A DNA stretch of 64,000 bases from the human T2T-CHM13v2.0 reference genome, Homo sapiens, in assembly GCA_009914755.4 (NCBI GenBank), contig CP068257.2:43520001-43584000 (forward strand), read 5' to 3'. Below the pieces are notes generated by a model. That model made no database searches, was not told the origin of the DNA, and worked only from the letters and a program-made list of their open reading frames with translations. The first letter of the stretch is position 1, and each line of letters starts with the position of its first letter. Positions 54,601 to 64,000 of this stretch are shown piece by piece. Position numbers and translations under genes: made by a program.

Positions 54601-57600
54601 TTTGCTTTAAAAGTTCTGATTCAGCACACTTAATTTACAACAACAGAGGGATTCTCGTTACCAGCCAAGTTGTTCTTGCTTTTATTGGTTTCTGTACCGT
54701 GGCCTGGGATTAACTCATTACCCTAGTTCCCTCTTTGCAGGCTGGAAAGATAAGCATCTCACTCACGTCAGCCCCCACACTGCACTGGCCTCAGGGACTC
54801 GTAGACGTATGCGCTTATGACCATTTAGGGGCTTTCTGCCCCAGAAAAAGCGTATGGTTAGTATTGGAAGCTCGGGCTATTTTCTTTTTTCCTTGTTTCC
54901 TCCATTTTTGTTTCAAGATGGGACTTGATTTAACTTAAAATATAAAAAATATTTTGTACTATTGGGATCTTATATTTTTGTTAATCATTTAGTTTTAGTG
55001 AAAAATATTGTAATTCTAAGGTTTAAGTATCATTCAACAGTAATCCTTTATTTTGATGAGAAGTAGTGGAATTGCAAAGGAAGATAATATAAGCGTTATC
55101 CATTTGTTTATGAAAGATTCAATTCCATTATGGTCAGAGATTCCCCAGCAGTTTAAATGGACACCCTCTCTTCTAGCCATTCCCCCACAAAAGAAATCCT
55201 TCCTGATTCTGTCTGCTTGAAGGGTGTGACCTTGAACATGCTCCTGGGGCTGCCGCCTCTACAGAGTGACAGCTCAGGGACCTGCAGGAACTCAGAACAT
55301 GCAGGCAGGTGCTGGAGGTAGGGCAGGTGTGCTGGTAAGATGGATGACCTCAGTTCCACTGGCAAAACTGTGCCACAGGAGAAACCTGAGCGTGTGGTAA
55401 AAACCACCCCAGCAGCAATCAGTAAATGCAGGAACAGTGACCTCAGGAAGACATGAGGCTCCTACCAGTGCCTGTGATGAGGCCAGCCCAGCCCTGTGTG
55501 TGGTTAGGGCACACCTGACCACCCCGACAACCAGGGAAGGACGGTGTTGGAGCTCTGAGTTCTTGGCATGAGGACATGATCTTGGCTGATTGTTTTCCTT
55601 CAGACCTTCTGCAGAATTGAATGCACATCAAAGAAACAAGCAGAAGAAACCATGCCAGCTACTTGTATTGAATAAAAGTATTTTACTTACAAACTTGGAT
55701 TATCAAACTTATGAGGAAAATAACACAAAAGAGAAAGATCTATATGAGAAAACAGAACAACTGAAAGAAACAATTTAGAAAACAAGAGAAATAAGTAATG
55801 ATAAATCTTATTAGTATGTTATTTAGTAAGTGCTGAAATCAAATATTAATTTGAAGGTCTAGAAAATATTCAGTATTTTTTGAGTGTGCAGTGGGCATGG
55901 TTCTGGGTGTTGGGATTTTGCAGTGCACAGGACAAACAAAACCTCTTCCTCATGGAGCTTTTGCTCTGATGAGGGCAGGGGGATGGTGAAGTCAGATAAG
56001 TCTCAGATAACTTGGAACAGAAAGGCAGAATTATGAGACAGTGGCCAGGGTGCTGCCCAAAACCTACCCAATCAGAATCTCAGAGGTAGGATTCAATGTG
56101 CTTATTGTTTAAAGCTTCATATCTGATTCTACTGAACATATCTGCTTAAGAACTACAAAATATATATTGGCTGTCTCTGGGTTTTATAGCTTTAATTTTC
56201 TAAGGTTTGTGTGAATTTTTGGAATTGTCCATAGTGAGCAAATGTTATTTTTTTAATGAGAACAATTTTTTTTATTTTTAAATTATCTTTAGTGTCTTTT
56301 CACAACTTTATTGAGGTATAATTGGCATATGATAAACTGCATATTTAAAGTATACAATTTGATACATTTTGGCCTATGTTTAGGTCTGTGCAACCATCAC
56401 CACAATAAAGATAATGAGTATACTTAATCCACTTCAAAATTGTCTTAGTACTCCTTCATAATCCCTCCCTCTCCCCGATCCCCATTCCCATCCCCAGTAT
56501 GTACCATCTGTCTATATAGATGAGTTTGCATTTTCTGGGATTTTACATAAATGTCATCATAAGGTTTGCACCGTTTTGGTCTAGCTTATTTCACTCAGTT
56601 TAATCACTTGGAGATTGATCTATGTTGTTGGGTTTATCCATAGTTCATTCCTTTTCATTGCTAAGTAGCATTGCACTGGGTGGATAAACCACAATTTGTT
56701 TTTCCCTTGAAATATTGATGGATATTTAGGTTGTCTCCAGTCTTTTAATATTATAAAGCTGCTGAGAACATTTCTGTACAAATCTTTGGGCGCTTACTTC
56801 CATTTCTCTTTAGTAGATACCTAGGAGTGGAATGGCTGAATCCTAAGATAGGTGTATGTTGAACTTTTTAGAAAACTATTAACCTGTTTTCCAAAATGGT
56901 TGTACCATTTTCACATTACCACCACTAGTGTGCGGGAGTTGTAGTTCTGTCACTTATATGCCGGCACGCAGTACGAGCGGTTGCTTTAGAAATTTTAGCA
57001 GGTGTTTAGTGATATTCCATTGTGCTTTTAATTTGCATTGCTCTGATGACTAATGAAGTTGAATGCCCTTTCACATGCTGATTTGCCATCCCTGTGCCTT
57101 CTTCAATAAACTGTTCAAAACTTATGCACATTTTTACTGAGTTGTTCAACATCTTATTACTGGGTTTTGAGAGTTATTTATATTTTCTAGATACAGATCC
57201 TTTATCAGATATATGATTTGAAAAATGCTTTCTCCCAATCAGTGGCTTGTCTTTTAATTCTCTTCATAGTGTCTTACGCAAACCACATAATTTTAATTTT
57301 GACAAAATCTAATTTATAGAAATTTTCTTTGATGGATCATGCTTTTGATATTATGTCTAAGAAATATTTGCCTAAGTCAGTACTACAAAGATTTCTTCTT
57401 ATATTCTTGGAAATTTTACAGTTGCAGTTTTTACATTTAAGACTATATTTCACTTGAGTTCATGTTTGTGTAGGGTATGAAGGATGAACTGAAGTTCATT
57501 TTTTGGCATGTAAGATATCCAGTTGATTTAGCACCATTTAGTGAAAGGTTCCTCATTTCTTCATGGAATTGCCTTGTGCCCTTGTCAAAAATCAGCTGGC

Positions 57601-57965
57601 ATGTATATATACATGTGGGTCTGTTTCTGGACTCTGTTGTTTGCCTTTAATCTCTTTGTCTAAAGGCCAGTATTACATTGTCATGATTACTATAGTTTTA
57701 TTATAAGTTTTGAGGTCAGGTAGAGTTAGTCTTCCAACTTTGTACTTTTTCAAAGTTGTCTTGGCTGCTTAGGTCCTTTTTGTATTTCCATAGCAATTTT
57801 ATAGTCCACTCATCAGTTCTACATCCTTATTGCACTGGTTAGGACCTCCAGTACAATGTTGAGTAGAAGTGATGACAGCAGACATCCTTCTCTTACATGT
57901 CATCTTGGGGGAACACATTCAGTCTTTCACCATTAGGTATGATGTTGGCTGTAGGATTTTTTATT

Positions 57966-58267
<302 letters not shown>

Positions 58268-58417
58268 TAGGTTTTTTACAGATGTCTTTATCAGCTCAAG
58301 ACATTTTTTTTTTCTATTTATAGCTTACTCAGCGTTTTTAATCAAGAATGTGTGCTGGATTTTGTCTGATGCTTTTTTTCTGCTCTTAGATGACTGTTGT
58401 CATTGCAGTGACTTAGG

Positions 58418-58530
58418 CCTATAGTCCCAGCTACTTGGGAACTAAGGCAGGAGGATCACTTGAGCCCTGGAGTTTGAGGCCATCCTGGGCAATGTAGTGA
58501 GACCCCATCTGAAACAACAACAACAAAAAA
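58418..58530 (+). mobile_element. Alu-derived fragment (right-arm/monomer-like, sense). It lies about 150 nt from the antisense Alu, forming an inverted pair.
   Basis: gcctatagtcccagctacttgggaactaaggcaggaggatcacttgagccctggagtttgaggccatcctgggcaatgtagtgagaccccatctgaaacaacaacaacaaaaaa. Confidence 0.7.
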
Positions 58531-61500
58531 TGAGATGAGCATTTAGTTCATTTTTCAGTTTGCTAGTGGTGACGTTAAAAAAAAATTAAACCAACTTTGC
58601 ATCTTGGGATAAACGTTATATGGTTATTATGTGCTATTCTTTTTATATATTGTTGGATTCAGTTTGCTAAAATTTCATTTAGAATTTTTGTATTTATATT
58701 TGTCTGTAGGGATATTGGGCTATCATTTTAGTTTAATGTCTTTGTCAGGCATAAAATGAGTTGGGGTGCATTTCTTTCTCTTCAGTTTTCTGGAAGAGTT
58801 TGTTTGGATTTGGTATTATTTCTTTAAATATATGGTTAAATTCACCAGTGAAACCATTGGGCCTGAAGTTTGCTTTGTAAGAAAATTCTAACTACAATTT
58901 ATTTTTCTATAATAGATTTAGGGCTATTCATGTTATCTGTTTTTATCTTTTTTCTTGAGTAAGCTTCAGTAATTTGTCTTTCAGGGAATTTGTCCATTTC
59001 ATCTAATTTGTCTAATATATTGGCATAAAAGCATTCAGAATATTCATTTTAATATCTGTGATATCTCTAATGATATCGTCTTATCCCTTATATTGATGAT
59101 TTGTATCTTCTCTTGGTTGTTTTTTTCTGATCAGTCTAGCTGGAAGTTTTTCAATTCTGTTCGTCTCTAAGTGCCAACTTTTAGGTTCAGTGATTTTTGT
59201 CTTTTGTTTTATATTTCAATAATTTTTACTCTGATTTTAATTATTTCTTTTTTTTCCGCTTACCTGGTGTTTCAATTGCCCATCTTTTTGTAGTTTTTTA
59301 AGGTGCTAGTTGAGGTCATTGTTTTAAGACCCTTTTTACTGCTTTTGTAGCATTTAAAAATTATGATATGTTTTCATTTTCACTTATATTAAAATACTTT
59401 GTCCCTTGGGTTATTTAGAAGTCTGCTATTTAGTTTCAAAATACTAGGGATTTTACAGAGATCTTTCTGTTGTTGGTTTTTTAGTTTCATTTAATGACTT
59501 CAGTCCTTTTAAATTTATTAGACTTGGTTTTATGGACCAGAATATGATCTATCTTTATAAGTGTTCCACAAAACTTGAAAGAATGTGAATCTGCCACTTT
59601 GGGGTAGAGTGATCTGTAAATGTTGATTAGGCCAAGTTGTTTGATTATACTATTTATTTTCTTTTATATTCTTACCGATCTTCTACTTGGTCTATCAGTT
59701 ATTGAGAGGCAGGATTGAAAATCTCTTAGTTATAATTGTACATTATCTATTTCTTCCCCTTTTTTAGAGTTTTTACTTCCTGTATTTTGTAGCTCTGTGA
59801 TTAGATGCATAAAAATGTAGGATTGTTGGTTTATCTTAATAAACCGACCTCCTTTACCATTATATGATGACCCTCTTTATTTCTGGTAATAGTGTTTGTT
59901 CTGAAATTTGTTTTGAGATTAATATAACCTCCTCAACTTTCTTTTGATTAGTGTTAGCACAGTGTATCTTCTATCCCTTTATATTAAAGTACTTTATCTT
60001 AAAAATATGTTTCTTATAGACATATATTTATATATATTTATATGTTTGGATCTTGCTTCTCTCTCCCACCATGGACAATCTCTGCCTTTTCACTGAGGTA
60101 CTTAGACCATTTACATTTATTGTGATTATTGATATTATTAGGTTTAAATTTCATCTTGCTACTTATTTTCTACGTGTTTCATATGTTCTTTGTTCACTTT
60201 TTCCTCATTTTCTTACTGCTTTTGCCTTAATTGGGTGTGTTTGATGATTCCATTTTGACTCCTTCTTGACTTTTGAGCTGTAACTTTTGTTAATTTGGTG
60301 GTGGTTTTTAGGGTTTATAGTATGCATTCTTACCACGATCTCCCTTCAAGTGATATTATACTACTTCACATATAGTAAAAGAACCTTACAACAGGATACT
60401 TTCGTTTTTCCATCCCCAACCTTTGTGGTATTGTTTTCAGACACTTTTGCATGTGTTAAAAAAATCCACATCTTATTATTTTCATCTTAATAATTATCTT
60501 TTAAAGGAATTTAAATAATAAGAAAAAAACCTCTTGTATATTTATCCATGTAGCTATCATTTCCAGGGCTCTTCATTCTTTGTATAGATCTGGATTTCCA
60601 TTTTGGTATCATTTTTTCTTCTGGCTGGAGGACTTCCTTTTACATTCCTTGTAGCACAAGTCTTCTGATGATGAATTATTTCAGCTTTGGTATGTCTGGG
60701 AAAGTATTTTGCTTTCATTTTGAAGTATATTTTGCTGTACAAATATATTTCTGCTGGAATGGCAGGGTCCTTTTTCTCCTTTAAGCACTTTAAAGACATT
60801 GCTTCCCTGACTTGTTGTTTGCGTTGTTTCCAGTAAGAAATGTGTTGTTATCTTTATTCCTCTGTGTGTTTTTTGCTCTGGGTTTGCTTAAGATTTTCTC
60901 TTAATACTAGTGTTGAACAATTTGTTCTGTTGTGCTTTGGTATATAGTTTTATTCATGTTTCTTGTGCTTGGGATTCATTGAAATTCTTTAATCCATGGG
61001 TTTGTTGGTTTCATGAAATTTGGAAATTTTTTATTCATCTTTCTTCAGATATATTTTCCGTTCCCCCTTCTCTCTCCTCACCGTCATGAAATCTAATTAC
61101 ACATATTTCACCCTACCTAAACCTGCCCCATATCACTGATTTTCTGTTCTTTTTTTCTCTCTTTGTGTTTCATTTTTGGTAGTTTCTGTTACTGTGTCTT
61201 TAAGTTCACTAATCTTTTCTTCTGCGGTTTCTATTCTGTGGTTAGTCCCATCAAGTGTATTTTTTATCTAATACATTGTAGTTTTCCTCTCTAGAAATTT
61301 GGCTTAGGCCTTTTTATATCTTTATGTCTGTATCTTCTATATGTGAATGTCAGGCACTTTTCCATTCTCTCAGGAGGCTGTTTCCCAGCCTTGATTGAGT
61401 AACATGCCTACTCTGATCAGTGCTCCGCAGGATATTCAAGGACACCCTCTGCGTATCTCCAGGGCTCACTCTGTCTGCATGTCTCTTCCTTCCGGTACTC

Positions 61501-62158
61501 TGTCTTATGAAATCTGGCTGACTTGGTTTCCCTTGACTCTCAATTCAGGGGATCTGCTACACTCTGCCTGGGTTCCTTACTCTGAACAGTGAACTGTCAT
61601 CTGGGTTTTGATATCTCTCCAAGGGAGGGATAAATGGTCATTGAAAGCAAGTGAGCATGGTGACGGGGTGGGGGTGGCCTCCACAGGGCACGAAGTGAGT
61701 TGTACTGAGTCATCTGAGAGTGCAGTGTGCTGCTTCTGGCCAGTGGGCTTGACAGTTCAGTGTCTGGGTTCAGAATATGAGTCTGCCCATGTCTAAGCAT
61801 GTTCTAAAGATTCATATCCCAAATTAGTTTTGATTTTGGTGGCCTATAACATCCATGTGATATGAATTATCAAGCTCAATATATAAATGCAGATACATGT
61901 ATTCAATTCCGAGTTATGCAAGTGTCTTTTTAAAAACTTTCAACCCTGCAGAATTAGCCTGTGATTAGTTAAGATGAGATCGTTTAAACACAGCAAGAAA
62001 ATAAGTACAAGGGTACTTCAAAAAGTTCATAAAGTTAAAAGATAAAAAAATGTTTAAAGATATAAACATTATTTCTCAACATAAGCTCCATCAAATTCAA
62101 GACATTTTTGTAAGTGCTGATCCTAGCCATTTAGATTGTCCCTAAAGAACTGAATGGT

Positions 62159-62465
<307 letters not shown>

Positions 62466-63749
62466 TTAACCATGTCAGTGCAGTCTTTCTTACATTAGTA
62501 ACTGAAGAAAAATTCCTTAAGCATGCCCCTTAAGGAATTTTTGAGATTAGGAAACAAAAAGAAGTCAGAAGGAGCCAAATGAGGTGGATTTGCAACCACC
62601 ATAAGGTGGATGGCTCATGATTTCCTCTCGAAACCCTCACACACTTGCCCTTGTTTGATGAGAGGAATAAATAGGCGCTTTGTCATGGTGAAGGTCTCTG
62701 GCGAAGCTTCCCCAGGGGGTTTCTGCTAAAGCTTTGGCTCACTTTCTTGAAACACTGTCATCATAAGCAGATATTACCATCCTTTGGCCCTCCACGTGAA
62801 CCCAACAAGCAAAACGCCTTGAGCATCCCAAAAATGCTGCCATGGCCTGTGCTTTGGCCAGTCAGCCTGTGCTTTGACTGGGCCCCTTCTGCCTCTTGGT
62901 AGCCTTTTTTTTTTTTTTTTTGGATTATGCATTTTCTTCAGGATTGTCTTTGTAAAAGCTATTTTTATCTCCTGTTTGATGTTTGTTCTTGCTTCAATTT
63001 TAGCAGAAGTCATGTAGCTCTGATAGGAGCGCTTTTCAAACAGATGTCTTAATCTTCTTAGTGCCTCAAACTAGATCCTATTCAGACATGTTTCAGCAAG
63101 TTAGTACAAGTTTATTTTGGTGCCAAAAAATTTTGAAATCCATGAGGTTTTTTCATAATAAGCATTTTCCATGAACTTTTTCAAGACTCTTGTTAAGAAT
63201 TAGGGTTTCCTATTGCATCATGGATGTCACACATGCAAAGCCACGTGACCTGAACATGCCTGGCCTCTCAGTGGCAGGGGAGCACATGCAGGCATGAGCG
63301 CCAGAGGTGGTGTGATACAGGAGCAACCCCCACCTGCACGACCTCATGGGACCCTGCATTAGTCTCAGAAGTGGCTCCCACCCATCCACTCTCAGGCTGC
63401 CAAGGTTCCTGGCTCCGTCAGTGCCAGAGTGAGAAAAGACACACTTGTCAGGAAGTCTCATGATTTCAGGTTTCTGTCAATCTTCTGCCCACCTGCCCTG
63501 TCAGACAAGTGCATACCCGTGGGTCAGTTCTGCTTTCTCAGCACTGCTCCTATTCTGGTGGCCGTGGAAGAGTGTGAGGCCACTGCCACGGCAGATGCAC
63601 GCTCAAGTCTGCGTATATTCCTCGGCAGGCAGAATTCCCCCACCACGCACTTCTGTGGCCATGTCTGAGCACAGTGTGCCGCCCGTGGCTGCTCCCTCCC
63701 TGGGGGTGAAAGCGGGCTTCACACCACCTTCCTGTGTCTTCCGTTTCAG

Positions 63750-63928
63750 GCATCAGCAATGCAGAAGCACGGCAGCCAGGGAAGGCCCCCAACTTCAGTG
63801 TCAACTGGACGGTAGGCGACTCCGCTATTGAGGTCATCAACGCCACGACTGGGAAGGATGAGCTGGGCCGCGCGTCCCGCCTGTGTAAGCACGCGTTGTA
63901 CTGTCGCTGGATGCGTGTGCACGGCAAG
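63750..63928 (+). CDS. ADARB1: ADARB1 coding exon (179 nt) encoding (G)ISNAEARQPGKAPNFSVNWTVGDSAIEVINATTGKDELGRASRLCKHALYCRWMRVHGK.
   Basis: Acceptor ccgtttcag|gcatcagcaatgcag; donor ggcaag|gtactgagg. Phase 2 in, phase 0 out. The next exon (VPSHLLRSK...) lies beyond the window. Confidence 0.92.
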
Positions 63929-64000
63929 GTACTGAGGCGCCCTCACCGCAATGCGCCGGCTCCACCTCCCCAATAGCTTGTCTGTCCTCACACCTACTGT

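Overview
This window is human (primate) nuclear genomic DNA, not a prokaryotic or phage locus. It has Alu SINEs about every 5 kb, LINE-1 fragments, THE1/MaLR solo LTRs, GT-AG introns with pyrimidine tracts, and microsatellites. The single-copy part is the ADARB1 (ADAR2, double-stranded-RNA adenosine deaminase, chr21q22.3) gene on the + strand. I recognise the protein directly from the translated exons: MDIEDEENMS / [14 protein letters not shown]...two dsRBDs...LQLHLPQ / VLADAVSR...VVMTTG / [10 protein letters not shown]...CHAEIIS...ELYLN / NKDDQKRS...[17 protein letters not shown] / [Alu cassette] / [24 protein letters not shown]...SCSDKIAR / WNVVGIQGS...PLLSG / ISNAEARQPGKAPNFSV...RVHGK. Eight constitutive coding exons and the 120-nt Alu-derived cassette exon can be placed to the base by frame and splice-site logic. 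The introns run from about 0.6 kb to about 19 kb. The window starts in the intron upstream of the ATG exon and ends just after the exon ending ...RVHGK. There is no undescribed defense or biosynthetic system here; every long six-frame ORF outside the ADARB1 exons is explained by GC-rich intronic sequence, translated tandem repeats, or decayed L1 ORF1/ORF2. The biologically interesting content is RNA-level regulation of ADARB1 itself, with three items. First, the self-editing -1 site and its 47-nt alternative 5' exon extension just upstream of the dsRBD exon; I can align a candidate editing-complementary sequence about 1.4 kb upstream that places the -1 adenosine in an A.C mismatch. Second, the exonised antisense Alu, which uses a GAGACAG acceptor and an apparent GC donor. 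Third, a GC-AG intron with a perfect GCAAGT donor. The rest is layered repeat archaeology: an old L1 split by a younger inverted L1 and two Alus with intact target-site duplications, a near-full-length antisense L1 pierced by an Alu and a THE1 LTR, and two minisatellites (36 bp and 38 bp). All coordinates were derived by hand and need a computational check.
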